Shown piece by piece: positions 45,186 through 56,446 of a DNA stretch of 64,000 nt. Both the position numbers and the translations under genes were made by a program. This DNA comes from a bacterium (lineage in GTDB: Bacteria > Hinthialibacterota > Hinthialibacteria > Hinthialibacterales > Hinthialibacteraceae). The notes beneath the pieces were generated by a model, which was not told the origin of the DNA, made no database searches, and saw only the letters and a list, made by a program, of their open reading frames with translations. The stretch's first letter is position 1. The number at the start of each line of letters is the position of its first letter. The DNA is taken from the NCBI GenBank assembly GCA_041946805.1, contig JBHGBC010000002.1, forward strand, positions 1-64,000. Direction: 5' to 3'.

Positions 45186-46980
45186 GGCCTAGATACACAT
45201 CCACGATTTTTTTGGCCAGGGGGGAAGCCACTTCACCCCCGTGCCCGCTGTTTTCGACGAGCACCGTCACGACGATTTCCGGATTTTCGAACGGCCCGTA
45301 GCAGACGAACCAGGCGTGCGATTCCCGCAGGGTCTGCGCGGTCCCCGTCTTGCCCGCCATGACGAAATTGCTCTCCGGGTCCAGGATCCGCCGCCCGGTC
45401 CCCGACGGGGCGTTCACCACTTCCCACATGGCCCGCTGGGCGGCGTCCCAACTGGCCGTGGAGGCCTTGATGGTACTGGTCGCGACCGGCTCGAAGGTTT
45501 TGATGATCCTGCCGTCGGGTGAAATGACCTTCTGGGCCACGCGCGGTTTGAACACGGCGCCGCGGTTGGCGATCGCGCAGACGCCGGTGTTGACCTGAAT
45601 GGGCGAGAACTGCAACTTGCCTTGTCCGATGGCCAGGTTGATCACTTCGCCCTGCACCCAACGGGAATCGGTTTCCGGCGTGGGGAAGAATTTGGCCATC
45701 GGCTCCTCGGGCAGGTCGATGTCGGTCTTGGTGGTCAGGCCGAACTCGGTGGCCCACTTATGCAGGCGGGTGATGCCGAGTTGGATGCCCACCTTGTTAT
45801 AGAAGTAGACATCGCAGGAAAGCCGGACGGCGTCGTACATATTGACGCGGCCATGCCCCGAGGTCTTGTGGCATTTCCAGGGGTGGCCCCAGCGGCGGAA
45901 GACGCCGGGGCAATACTCGGTGGCCATGGGGGAAAGTTTCAACTCTTCCAGGATGGCCAACGTCTCGAAGATCTTGAAGATCGAGCCCGGAGGGTAAAAG
46001 CCGGCGATGGCGCGGTGCAGCATGGGGCGGCCGGGATCGAGAATGTAATTCCCCAAATTGGCGCGCAGTTCGTTGGGATTGTAGCGGGGGCTGGAGGCCA
46101 TGGCCAGGATGGAGTTGTCGCGCGGATCGGCGACGATGATGACGCCCCGCGATGCGCCCAGGATCCGTTCGGCGGCCAACTGCAGATCGTAATCGATGGA
46201 CAGCACGATATTGTTGCCGGGCACGGCCGGCTCCACCTCGATGGCCGGCCCTTTCTGAATTTCGTTGGTATCGACCTGCACGCGGACAATGCCTTCCTTG
46301 CCGTGCAGGTATTCCTCGTATTCTTTTTCCACCCCGGCCTTGCCCAAATAACTGCCCATGCGGTAGTTCGCGTACTTGGGATCGGCCAGTTCGCGTTCGG
46401 AGATTTCACCCGTGTACCCGAGAATGTGCGAGGCCAGGGGGCCGAAGCGGTAATGGCGCATGGGCACTTCCACGGGGAAGACCATGGCGGTCTCGGGGAA
46501 TTCGATCAGGCGGGTTTCGATGGCCACGTACTTGTCGAAGGGGACCCGTTCGGCGATTTTCACCCGGAGATGCTTATAGTTGGGATCGCGCCGGTTCTTG
46601 AGATAGCGGCTCTCCAGCACAGAATAGGGTGTTTCGAGGATTTGGGACAGCAGTGTCAGGGATTGCTTCACGTCGGGGGTGACGGTCCGTTCCTTGGCGC
46701 CCTTGATGGGAATCCAGACATCCCAATAGTTGATGTCCTCGGCCAGGATGCGGCCGTTGCGGTCAAGGATCATCCCCCGCTTGCTCTGGATGGGCAGCTC
46801 GCGGATATAGTTCCCGGCAAAACGCTGCTTGTAGTATTCCTGCCGGTACACCTGGATACTCCACAGGCGGAAGACGAGGATGGCGAACAACCCCATGACG
46901 CCAAACAGGAACAGGTGGATCCGCCGGTCCACGTAGCTCGATTTCATGGTGAGATGAATCTTCTTGCCGCGCATGGCCAT
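45160..46980 (-). CDS. mrdA: Penicillin-binding protein 2
   Basis: RGMILDRNG, RHYRFG..SHILGY, PPGSIFK (SxxK), SCDVYFY, AGKTGTAQ; located in the mre operon. Confidence 0.95.
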   Translation of the reverse strand: MAMRGKKIHLTMKSSYVDRRIHLFLFGVMGLFAILVFRLWSIQVYRQEYYKQRFAGNYIRELPIQSKRGMILDRNGRILAEDINYWDVWIPIKGAKERTVTPDVKQSLTLLSQILETPYSVLESRYLKNRRDPNYKHLRVKIAERVPFDKYVAIETRLIEFPETAMVFPVEVPMRHYRFGPLASHILGYTGEISERELADPKYANYRMGSYLGKAGVEKEYEEYLHGKEGIVRVQVDTNEIQKGPAIEVEPAVPGNNIVLSIDYDLQLAAERILGASRGVIIVADPRDNSILAMASSPRYNPNELRANLGNYILDPGRPMLHRAIAGFYPPGSIFKIFETLAILEELKLSPMATEYCPGVFRRWGHPWKCHKTSGHGRVNMYDAVRLSCDVYFYNKVGIQLGITRLHKWATEFGLTTKTDIDLPEEPMAKFFPTPETDSRWVQGEVINLAIGQGKLQFSPIQVNTGVCAIANRGAVFKPRVAQKVISPDGRIIKTFEPVATSTIKASTASWDAAQRAMWEVVNAPSGTGRRILDPESNFVMAGKTGTAQTLRESHAWFVCYGPFENPEIVVTVLVENSGHGGEVASPLAKKIVDVYLGRVKLEELV

Positions 46981-46988
46981 GCTTCTCC

Positions 46989-47492
46989 TCAATACCGGTC
47001 CGCGAAGAGAATCTGCGGACTGCGCCGGGGCAGCCGGACGGGCCGCCGGGGCCAGGGCGTCAGGGCGAATACCAGGCCGGTGGCCAGCACGCCGGCCAGC
47101 ACATAACGCTGGGGCAGGAAAACCGGAATATCGTAATCGAGGTTCGACAGCCAGAAAATGACTTCACCGAAACGGACCAGGCCGCACGCCAGAGAGCCGA
47201 TCAGCAGGCGGGATACGGCGTATTGCGCCAGGAGCATTTTCCGGAGGCGGATCAGGCTCATTCCCGCCAGGACATATAAGAAGGAGTGCAGGCCCAGAAC
47301 GTCCAGATACACGGCATCCCACGCGAGGCCGGCCGCGAAAGACAGGCAATAAGCTTCGCCCACCGGCCGGGTCAGAGTCACGTACACCAAGGCCAGCAGC
47401 AGAATGTCCGGCGACCAGATCCCCCCGTTGAAGACCACCCGGACGAGGAGATCCAGCAGAAAACCGGCCAGGACGATGAGACTCGGGGTCAT
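46989..47492 (-). CDS. mreD: Rod shape-determining protein MreD
   Basis: Hydrophobic 167 aa, PDILLLALVY..FAAGLAWD..LGL; lies between mreC and mrdA. Confidence 0.82.
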   Translation of the reverse strand: MTPSLIVLAGFLLDLLVRVVFNGGIWSPDILLLALVYVTLTRPVGEAYCLSFAAGLAWDAVYLDVLGLHSFLYVLAGMSLIRLRKMLLAQYAVSRLLIGSLACGLVRFGEVIFWLSNLDYDIPVFLPQRYVLAGVLATGLVFALTPWPRRPVRLPRRSPQILFADRY

Positions 47493-47493
47493 A

Positions 47494-48384
47494 TCACTCC
47501 CCTGTGACCAACGGCAGGATGTCCTCCCGCAGTTTCGTGTTCAGCAAAACCAGCACCGATTTGACCGATTGCACATCCACCGCGGGCGTCACCACGTACC
47601 CCTTGTCCGAGGTGGCGTCGGCGACAATCCCCGCCAGGAGATTGCGCGGGAACACGAAACCCGTGCCGGAAGTGAACACCCGCTGGCCGGGCTGGGGGCG
47701 CATCATTTCGCCGCCGGGAGAAACCAAGTGCAGGTCGGTGAGCAGCAGATGGCCGCCTTCCTCGGCGCCGCGCAAGATGCCCTCGTAGGACGAATCTTCG
47801 ACATAGACGCCGATCGCGCAGCGGGGATCGGTCAGGGGCTGCACGCGGGCGTGGTTGCGGGTGATTTTGTGCGTGCGGCCCACGAGTCCTTCCCGCGTCC
47901 AGACGGGCAGGTTGACCTCCAGGCCGTCCTGGGCCCCGCGGTTGATGATCAGCGAGAGGGCCATGCGGTTATCGCGGAAGAGCACGATGGCGGCCAGCGA
48001 GGGGACCGCATCCTCGCGGGGCAGGTCGAGGGCGTCCCGGTAGGCTTCGTGGCGGCGCAGTTGGTAGCGCAGCTCCAGGTTTTCCTGCTGCAGCCGGGCC
48101 ATGTCCTCGCGGAGGCTGTCCAGTTCCTTCTTGGCGCGGACATTGTCGAGCAGCGAGGCCGCCAGATCCCAGCCGTAATCATGGGCGTTCTGGAGCAACG
48201 ACGCCGGCGCCAGGATGACGCGGGCCAGGGGGGAGGAAGAGACGGACCGTTCGTCCCGGATGAAATACAGCATCAGCCAGACAGACAGCAACATGAGCCC
48301 CGCGCCCAGTGTCTTGGGACTGAGCCAGGAATGCTTTTTACGGCGACCGGACGACCGTTTCCCAGGTTGGAACAGCATCGTCAA
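47494..48384 (-). CDS. mreC: Rod shape-determining protein MreC
   Basis: TM, coiled coil (LQQENLELR), IINRGAQDGL..PV..GLVGR, TSGTGFVFPRNL. Confidence 0.92.
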   Translation of the reverse strand: MTMLFQPGKRSSGRRKKHSWLSPKTLGAGLMLLSVWLMLYFIRDERSVSSSPLARVILAPASLLQNAHDYGWDLAASLLDNVRAKKELDSLREDMARLQQENLELRYQLRRHEAYRDALDLPREDAVPSLAAIVLFRDNRMALSLIINRGAQDGLEVNLPVWTREGLVGRTHKITRNHARVQPLTDPRCAIGVYVEDSSYEGILRGAEEGGHLLLTDLHLVSPGGEMMRPQPGQRVFTSGTGFVFPRNLLAGIVADATSDKGYVVTPAVDVQSVKSVLVLLNTKLREDILPLVTGE

Positions 48385-48436
48385 CCATTATCTTTCGCCG
48401 GGTCTTGCGAAGGAGCGGAACCCGGACCGGGAGGGG

Positions 48437-49570
<1,134 letters not shown>

Positions 49571-49728
49571 TCAAATTGGAAATCCCATAGCCCATAATAA
49601 GCCTCCCGCGGCTGGCGCGCGCACATTCCACGCCTCGGCATGGCCGTGTATCCGTTTCTCCCGCCGCGAAGTACTCGTTGGCGGGCCCCGCTGATCTTTA
49701 AACCCACTCCGCAGGGCTTGCATGTCTT

Positions 49729-49760
49729 CCCTCACCCTGATCCTCTCCCAGAGGGAAAGG
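49729..49760 (+). repeat. 33-bp REP-like palindrome
   Basis: ccctcaccctgatcctctcccagagggaaagg. Confidence 0.8.
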
Positions 49761-50030
49761 AGAGATAGAACAGAGGGGAAATTTTGATGGATTCCGCTTC
49801 GCGAATCCATCCGGCCGTTCTTACGCCCAGGGCTTTTCGCATGCCGCGCCGCTGGCACTCAAAAAAACCGCACCTGGATAACCCGGCCTTACTCCGCCCG
49901 CATCCCGGACTGGAAAAAAACCCCCGAGTGGAGAATCCCCGGGGGGGAAAGAGATGCACGGGCGCAACGGCCCGGTTACCACGCGTATTGGCCTCCCCCC
50001 GGCCCCTCCGGCCGTCCGGCCGGGGCCGCC

Positions 50031-53000
50031 TTACACCGCGACTTCCTCCGAAGCGTAATCCTCCAGCGTCTTCGCTACGGCGCGGGGAGCGGATTCCGCG
50101 GCGGGGAGGTTCACGGGGGTGACGTTGTGCTTCTTGAATTTCATGGAGTAAATGCTGGACACCCCTTCCTCGGCCATGGTTACGCCGTAGATGGCGTCGC
50201 ACATCTCCATGGTTTTCTTGCTGTGCGTGATGATGATGAATTGCGAACGGTCGAGAAACGTGCGCAGCATGGTGGTGAACCGCCCGATGTTGGTGTCGTC
50301 GAGCGGGGCGTCGATTTCGTCCAGGAAGCAGAAGGGACTCGGCTTGATCTCGTAGATGGCGAACAGCAGGGCGATGGCCACCAGCGCCTTTTCTCCACCG
50401 GAAAGCAGGGTGATCGACTGCAGTTTCTTGCCCGGCGGCTGGACCTCGATCTCGATGCCCGCCTCCATGGGATCGCCTTCCTGCAGGGTCAGCTCGGCCC
50501 GGCCTCCGTTGAACATGCGCCGGAACGCCTTGTTGAAGTTTTCCTTGACCTTCACGAAGGTCTCCAGGAAGCGGTCCACGGTGGCGCCGTGGAGTTCACG
50601 AGCGGTATCGAGGAGGTTGGCCTTCGCCTTGTCCAGGTCCCGCTTCTGCGCCTCGAGAAAATCGCACCGCTGGCGGACCTCGTCATATTCCTCGATGGCC
50701 AGTTCATTGACCATGCCCAGTTGGGCGAGGCGGCGGCGGTAGAATTCGATCTTCTCCGCGATTTCCTCGTCCGGGCGGCCGTCGCGTTCGCACTCTTCCT
50801 TGTCATCCAGGAGGGTGAACGAGTCGTCCAGTTTCCGCCGCCAGTATTCCTCCTCCACCTGGGTTTTCATGCGTTCCTGCTCGGCGGTTTCCTTTTGGTT
50901 GCGGAATTCCTCATGGGCCTGGGCGAGGGCGGTCTCTTCCGCTTCCACTTGTTTCATTTCGGCGCGGAGGGCCTGAGTGGTTTCCTCGATGGCGCATACC
51001 TTTTGCCAGACGGAATCGCGTTCTCCGCGCAGGCGTTGCACCGCTTCCTTGGAGTCCTCGATGGCCTTTTCCGTTTCGATCCGCCGCTGCTCCTGTTCCT
51101 CGGCCAGTTGCCCTTTTTCCTCGATCCCGTGTTCCAGTTCGAGGATGTGGCGGCTGATGGTTTCGATTTCCCCGCGCCAGCGTTCCTGGTCCTTTTGTTT
51201 TTCGAGCAGCACCAGGCGCAGGTCTCCCACCCGTTCGTTGAGGGCCGCCCGCTGTTCCCGGGCCTGTTGCGCGCGTTCGGACCACGCCACGATTTCGGAT
51301 TCCAGGACCGCTTTTTTTTCTACCAGATCCTTCAACGCCTTTGCCCATTCCTGGGCTTTTTGGGCGCCGGTTTCGAGTTCCCGCCGGTGGGCTTCGCACT
51401 CGGCCGAAATCGTCTGGCGGGTTTGCTCGAGCCGCTGGAGCCGGGCGTTGGCGCGCTCGCGCTCGTCCAGGGCGATCTTTTTCCGGTTCTGAAGGTCCAG
51501 ACGCGCCTGGCGGAGGGCGTCCCGTTCCAGCGACAATTCTTCCTGGGACGCCTGGATGGTTTCCAGCCGCGCGGCCAGGGTGGAACGCTCTTCCTCCAAT
51601 TGCTTGACTTGTTTATCCAACCGGGCGATTTCGGTGGAGCGGTTGAGGATCTGGGAACCGGCGTTGTATCCCCCGGTCACGCAGCCGCTGCCGTCAACCA
51701 CATCGCCTTCGGGAGTCACCAGGCGGCCGCCGCGGGGCAGAAAACCGCGCAGCGCCAGGCCCTGGGGAAGGGATTCCACGAGGTACACCTGGTCCAGCAG
51801 GCGATCCAGGAGGGAACGGAGGGACTCGCCGCAGCGGACGAAGGCGGCGACGCGCGGGAGAGCGGCCAGTTCCGGCGGCGGATCGCCGGCGGGGGTTTTG
51901 GGCACGCCGTTGGTTTGGGGGTAAAAGGCGACGCGGCCTTTTTTCCCCTCGCGCAGGCGGGAGATGGCCTCGAGGATGCCGGCGTCGTTTTCGGTGAGGA
52001 CCGCCTGCAACCGGCCGGCCAGGGCGGCTTCGAGGGCGGTTTCGCGGCCGGGCTCCACTTGGATGCGCTCGGCCAGGGTGCAGATCAGTCCGGGGACGCG
52101 CTCTTCCTTGCCGCGGAGCAGGTAGCGCACGCCTTCGTCGAATCCGGCCAGGCGGGCCTGCAGTTCGCAAAGCGATTCGAGGCGGGTATGGGCCTGCTGC
52201 CAGAGCCGCTCGCATTGCTGCAGGGCGGATTTGACCTCGGACTGGGCGCGGTTCAACTCGTCGAGGCGGGTAACGGCCTCCTCGAGACGGGCCTCGGTAT
52301 CGGCCAGCTGCTCCTCCAGCAGGCCCCCTTCCTGGTCCAGGGCGTCCCGGCGGGCGGTCTGGGCCGCGATTTCCTTTTCGGCCTCGGCTAGTTCCTGGGT
52401 TTGCTGCTCGAGCCGGGCGGTGTAGAACTCCCGGTCGCGTTCCCAAACCCGCAGGTGGTTTTTGATTTCGGTGATTTGTTGTTCCAGGTCGAGAAACGCC
52501 TTGCGCCGCTGCTCGCCGGCCGTTTCCACTTCGGCGAAATCCCGGGCCGCCTGTTCGAGCTCGGCGGTCATTTCGTCGAGTTCCTGCCGCGCTTCGATAG
52601 CTTCCTGGTCCAGGATTTCGATCTGGGCTTCGGCGTGGACGATCCGTTCCTGCTCTTCCCGCAGCCGCCGCGTGTCGGTCTCGCGCTCGTGCAGCAGGCG
52701 GGATTTGAGTTGCAGGTACTCCGAGAGCCGGCCGCCCAGGTTGGCGATATGCCGCTCCATTTGTTCGAGGCGGGCGGCCGCGGAGGCGTAGTCATCGCGC
52801 TGCTTGCGGTTGAGTTCGTCCTGTTGCTGCAGTTTTCCGCTCAGGACCTGGCGGCGGCCGCGGATTTCCGCCAGGCGGCCGTCCAGGATGTCGAGCTGTT
52901 CCTTGAGGTCCGCCAGACGGCCGGCGCATTCGTCCAGTGTGGCCCGCAACTGTTTCCCGGCCCGGAAATGGGCGGTGTATTCCACCCGCTGCAGGTCCAT

Positions 53001-53657
53001 GCGGTATTTCCGGGCCAGTTCGGCCTGTTTGGCCTGCCTTTCGAGGGAGCGGCGCTGCCGCTGGAGTTCGGTGAGGATGTCTCCCAGGCGCGTCAGGTCT
53101 TCCTGGGTGCGTTCCAGCTTGCGCATCGCTTCCAGTCGGCGATGGAGAAACCGCGACACGCCGGCCGCCTCTTCCAGCAGCTCCCGGCGCTGCTGGGGCT
53201 TGGCGTTGACGATCAAATCCACCCGCCCTTGTTCCATCAGCGAGTACGAGTTGGTCCCGACGCCCGAGTCGAGGAACAGGTCGGTGATGTCCTTCAAACG
53301 GCACTTGGTGTTGTTGAGCAGGTATTCGCTTTCCCCGTCGCGGTACAAGCGGCGAACGAGCTCAACCTCCCGGTAGGGCGCCGGAAGATTGCCGTCGGTG
53401 TTGTCGAACAACAGGGACACTTCCGCCATTCCGGCGGCCGGCCGGGTCGCCGTGCCGTTGAAGATCATGTCCTGCATGGCCTGGCCGCGCAGACGGCGGG
53501 GATTCTGTTCGCCCAGGACCCAGCGGATGGCGTCGGAAATGTTCGACTTCCCGCAGCCGTTGGGACCGATGACCCCGGTCACGCCCGCGTCGAAGACGAC
53601 TTCCAGATGATTGGCAAAGGATTTAAAACCGGAAACGGTTAGTTTTCGGAGATACAT
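50031..53657 (-). CDS. smc: Chromosome segregation protein SMC
   Basis: GFKSFA, GPNGCGKSN, long coiled coils, hinge (GRVAFYP; GDVVDGSGCVTGG), LSGGEK, LDEIDAPLD, IIITH. Confidence 0.97.
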   Translation of the reverse strand: MYLRKLTVSGFKSFANHLEVVFDAGVTGVIGPNGCGKSNISDAIRWVLGEQNPRRLRGQAMQDMIFNGTATRPAAGMAEVSLLFDNTDGNLPAPYREVELVRRLYRDGESEYLLNNTKCRLKDITDLFLDSGVGTNSYSLMEQGRVDLIVNAKPQQRRELLEEAAGVSRFLHRRLEAMRKLERTQEDLTRLGDILTELQRQRRSLERQAKQAELARKYRMDLQRVEYTAHFRAGKQLRATLDECAGRLADLKEQLDILDGRLAEIRGRRQVLSGKLQQQDELNRKQRDDYASAAARLEQMERHIANLGGRLSEYLQLKSRLLHERETDTRRLREEQERIVHAEAQIEILDQEAIEARQELDEMTAELEQAARDFAEVETAGEQRRKAFLDLEQQITEIKNHLRVWERDREFYTARLEQQTQELAEAEKEIAAQTARRDALDQEGGLLEEQLADTEARLEEAVTRLDELNRAQSEVKSALQQCERLWQQAHTRLESLCELQARLAGFDEGVRYLLRGKEERVPGLICTLAERIQVEPGRETALEAALAGRLQAVLTENDAGILEAISRLREGKKGRVAFYPQTNGVPKTPAGDPPPELAALPRVAAFVRCGESLRSLLDRLLDQVYLVESLPQGLALRGFLPRGGRLVTPEGDVVDGSGCVTGGYNAGSQILNRSTEIARLDKQVKQLEEERSTLAARLETIQASQEELSLERDALRQARLDLQNRKKIALDERERANARLQRLEQTRQTISAECEAHRRELETGAQKAQEWAKALKDLVEKKAVLESEIVAWSERAQQAREQRAALNERVGDLRLVLLEKQKDQERWRGEIETISRHILELEHGIEEKGQLAEEQEQRRIETEKAIEDSKEAVQRLRGERDSVWQKVCAIEETTQALRAEMKQVEAEETALAQAHEEFRNQKETAEQERMKTQVEEEYWRRKLDDSFTLLDDKEECERDGRPDEEIAEKIEFYRRRLAQLGMVNELAIEEYDEVRQRCDFLEAQKRDLDKAKANLLDTARELHGATVDRFLETFVKVKENFNKAFRRMFNGGRAELTLQEGDPMEAGIEIEVQPPGKKLQSITLLSGGEKALVAIALLFAIYEIKPSPFCFLDEIDAPLDDTNIGRFTTMLRTFLDRSQFIIITHSKKTMEMCDAIYGVTMAEEGVSSIYSMKFKKHNVTPVNLPAAESAPRAVAKTLEDYASEEVAV

Positions 53658-53820
53658 GGAAACACCTCAACCGAAGCGGCATGCCTGCTTACCATTGCAG
53701 CAATACATTGTTTTACACATCTATTATAGTTCAATTTGGATCGGTTCATGAGAAAAAAACACCCCCGGTTGAAATGGCGAGGCCACTATACCCAACCCAA
53801 AACCCAAAGTCAACGTGAAA

Positions 53821-53868
53821 AAACAGGATACAGGGGGTATTTCACAATCCATCCACAAGATATAGTGG
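53821..53868. promoter_or_regulatory. Tandem NrdR-box-like sites upstream of smc
   Basis: ccacaagatatagtgg (53853-53868) closely fits acaCwAtATaTwGtgt; a weaker aaacaggatacagggg starts exactly 32 bp earlier. Confidence 0.55.
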
Positions 53869-53927
53869 CATATTACAGGGGATTTAATTACTCAAAAATG
53901 GGCACTTACGGCCCCGCTCCACGGCAG

Positions 53928-53936
53928 TTATCCACA
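53928..53936 (+). promoter_or_regulatory. Perfect DnaA box
   Basis: TTATCCACA in the AT-rich region upstream of smc. Confidence 0.55.
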
Positions 53937-54180
53937 AGAGAAAAAAGTTACCGGCCTTATCCGCCAGTCCTGGGCGGGAGAGGGGATTTTGTCTGAACCC
54001 GGAAGGCCAGGATGAACAAGATGACCAGGATGGTGGGGGGGGCGCGAGACGCGTGCCACCTTGTATCAATAATCCTCTCCTAACCTCCCCCAATCTTCGG
54101 GGGAGGAATGATAAGGACCAAGGACGCCAAGGACAATGCAGATAAGATGCCTGCACTACATAATACCCGCACCGCGGCCG

Positions 54181-55242
54181 TTACGCGAGGCGTGGATCGA
54201 TGGCGTCGCGGAGAGCGTCACCCACGAGATTGTATCCCAGCACGGCGAAGAAAATGGCGGCGCAGGGAGGGTACACCATGTGCGGGGCGGAGCGCAGGTA
54301 TTCGTACGCATCGCGCAGAAGGTTGCCCCACGAGGGATCGGGCTGCTGCACGCCGAAGCCGAGCCACGATAGCCCGGCCTCAGCCAGGATCGCCGAAGCA
54401 ATGCCGAAGGTGACGGTCACCAGCACCGGGGCGATGGAATTGGGCAGGATGTGGATGAACATGATCCGGAACGAGCCGCAGCCCAGGGCGCGGGTGGCCA
54501 GGACGAATTCCTGGTTCTGCAGGCGCAGGAACTCGCCGCGTGTGTAGCGGGCGATGGAGGTCCAGCTGGTCAGGCCGATCACGATCATCACATTGATGAT
54601 GCTCGGCTCCAACCAGGCCAGGATGGAGAGAATCAGGAAAAATGTCGGGAAACACTGGACGATCTCGATCACGCGCGAGATCAACATATCGGTCCAGCCT
54701 TGGTAATATCCCGCCAGCGCGCCCAGGAAGATGCCGATCACCGTGGCGATGCCCATGGACACCAATCCCACCTGGATGGAGACGATGGCGCCATAGATGA
54801 TGCGGGCGGCGATGTCCCGGCCGTTCGGGTCGGTTCCCAGCCAATGCTCGCGGCTGGGTGGTTGCAGGGTGTTGACCGAGGTCTCGCGCGGATCGAAGGG
54901 AATCGGCGGCCAGAGGGCGAAATCCTCGGCGGTCAGGGCGCGCTTGGCGTTGAAGGTGACCTGGCTGAACGGCGGTGACTTTTGCACCACCCACGACGCA
55001 CCGGGGATGTTCTGGATCACCTCCACGATCGCGGGGAAATGCCATTGCCCCTGGTAGCGGCAAACGATCGGCTGGCGGTTGGCCAGCAGCGGGCTGAAGA
55101 AGGCGACGGCGATCATCAAAAACACAAAACCCAGGCCGGTCATCCCGCGCGGATTGCGCCGGTATCGTTCCCAGGCGAGGCGGCCCAGCGAGCGGCCTTT
55201 TTCCGGGGCGGGCGGCATGGGAGGGGAGAGCGTCTCAGTCAT
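54181..55242 (-). CDS. Peptide/nickel ABC transporter permease (OppC/DppC-like)
   Basis: HWLGTDPNGRDI, EFVLATRALG..IMFIHILPN (EAA loop), EAGLSWLGFG, NLVGDALRDAIDPR. Confidence 0.95.
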   Translation of the reverse strand: MTETLSPPMPPAPEKGRSLGRLAWERYRRNPRGMTGLGFVFLMIAVAFFSPLLANRQPIVCRYQGQWHFPAIVEVIQNIPGASWVVQKSPPFSQVTFNAKRALTAEDFALWPPIPFDPRETSVNTLQPPSREHWLGTDPNGRDIAARIIYGAIVSIQVGLVSMGIATVIGIFLGALAGYYQGWTDMLISRVIEIVQCFPTFFLILSILAWLEPSIINVMIVIGLTSWTSIARYTRGEFLRLQNQEFVLATRALGCGSFRIMFIHILPNSIAPVLVTVTFGIASAILAEAGLSWLGFGVQQPDPSWGNLLRDAYEYLRSAPHMVYPPCAAIFFAVLGYNLVGDALRDAIDPRLA

Positions 55243-56215
55243 AGCGCACCCGGGGATCGGCCACCGCGTACAGCAGGTCCGCCAGCAAGGTTCCCAGCAG
55301 CACCAGGAAGGCGGTGATGAATGAAAGAGCCATCAGCGTGGGATAGTCGCGCTGCAAAATGCTTTCAAAAAACAGCCGCCCGATGCCTGGCCAGTTGAAC
55401 ATGACTTCGAGGATGACGGAGCCACCCAGGATTTGTGGAAAGGTGATGCCGAAGAGTGTCACGAGGGGAATCAGCGTGTTGCGGAAAGCGTGCTTGAGGA
55501 CTACGGTGGTTTCGCCCACGCCCTTGGCCCGCGCGGTAAGGATGTATTCCTGCCGGAACACTTCGAGCAGGTTCTGCCGGACGAAACGGGACTGGAACGC
55601 CAGCGCCCCGTAGGTGAAGCAGAAGGTGATGAGCACGTAATGCTTCGCCAGGTCCGCCGCCTTGCCTATCGTGGTGAGCTGCTCGTAGTTGTCGGATTTC
55701 ATTCCCTGGAACGGCAGAAGGTCAAGCCCGATGCTGATCCACAGGATCAAGGGAATGGCCATGACGTAGCTGGGGATGGCGTAGAGCGCGTATAGGATGG
55801 TGCTGGAGACGGTGTCGAACCAGCCGTTACGCCGCGCTCCCGAAAGCAGGCCGATGGGGATGGCCAGGGCGAAGCCGACACTCAGCGAGAGTACCGCCAG
55901 CGACAGGGTGGCGGGCAGGCGCTCCAGGATCTTCACCGTGACCTTGCGCGAGTCGGGCGTCATCGAGTTGCCGAAATCCAGCGTGACGATGCGCTTGAGC
56001 CAATCGCCGTAGCGGACTATCAACGGCTTGTCGAGGCCGTAATACTCGCGCAGCTGCTCATACACGCGGATGGAGACGCGGGGATCCATCACCTGGCCGG
56101 CCTGCACGGACGCGGGATCGCCCGGGGCGAGGTTGATGACCAGAAAGGTCACCAGGGTGATCCCGAAGAGCGTGGGCAGCGCGAGCAAGATCCGGCGGAT
56201 GGTGTAGGACAGCAT
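55235..56215 (-). CDS. Peptide/nickel ABC transporter permease (OppB/DppB-like)
   Basis: YTIRRIL..PTLFGIT, APGDP, YILTARAKG, HAFRN, RDYP, DLLYAVADPRV. Confidence 0.95.
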   Translation of the reverse strand: MLSYTIRRILLALPTLFGITLVTFLVINLAPGDPASVQAGQVMDPRVSIRVYEQLREYYGLDKPLIVRYGDWLKRIVTLDFGNSMTPDSRKVTVKILERLPATLSLAVLSLSVGFALAIPIGLLSGARRNGWFDTVSSTILYALYAIPSYVMAIPLILWISIGLDLLPFQGMKSDNYEQLTTIGKAADLAKHYVLITFCFTYGALAFQSRFVRQNLLEVFRQEYILTARAKGVGETTVVLKHAFRNTLIPLVTLFGITFPQILGGSVILEVMFNWPGIGRLFFESILQRDYPTLMALSFITAFLVLLGTLLADLLYAVADPRVRYD

Positions 56216-56301
56216 GAGTGTCGATCGCGTTCAAGATTGATAGATCATGCCATGGTATATCCAATTCCATAGATGTCAGGTGCAACGCCTTTTCAGGGCT
56301 T

Positions 56302-56334
56302 CCCTCACCCCGGCCCTCTCCCTGAGGGAGAGGG
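56302..56334 (+). repeat. 33-bp REP-like palindrome
   Basis: ccctcaccccggccctctccctgagggagaggg. Confidence 0.88.
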
Positions 56335-56446
56335 AGTCGAAGAAGGCCAGTGATCGTTGTCAGGCTCCACTGCACTTGGAATCCACCCTATGGTGTTTTC
56401 ACATGCAGGTAAAGATCCGCCTCGCGGGAGAGGGGCTCTAGGCGCA

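Noticed and set aside
50127..53642. Long plus-strand ORFs (754 and 413 aa) opposite smc
   Set aside because: Antisense shadows of a GC-rich gene with no recognisable motifs. The same applies to 5144-6994, 18853-20283, 23268-24893, 42136-43764, 56357-58282 and 58104-60158.
53690..54000. oriC
   Set aside because: Only one perfect DnaA box, no box cluster or clear unwinding element, and no dnaA/dnaN/gidA nearby; treated as a regulatory site.
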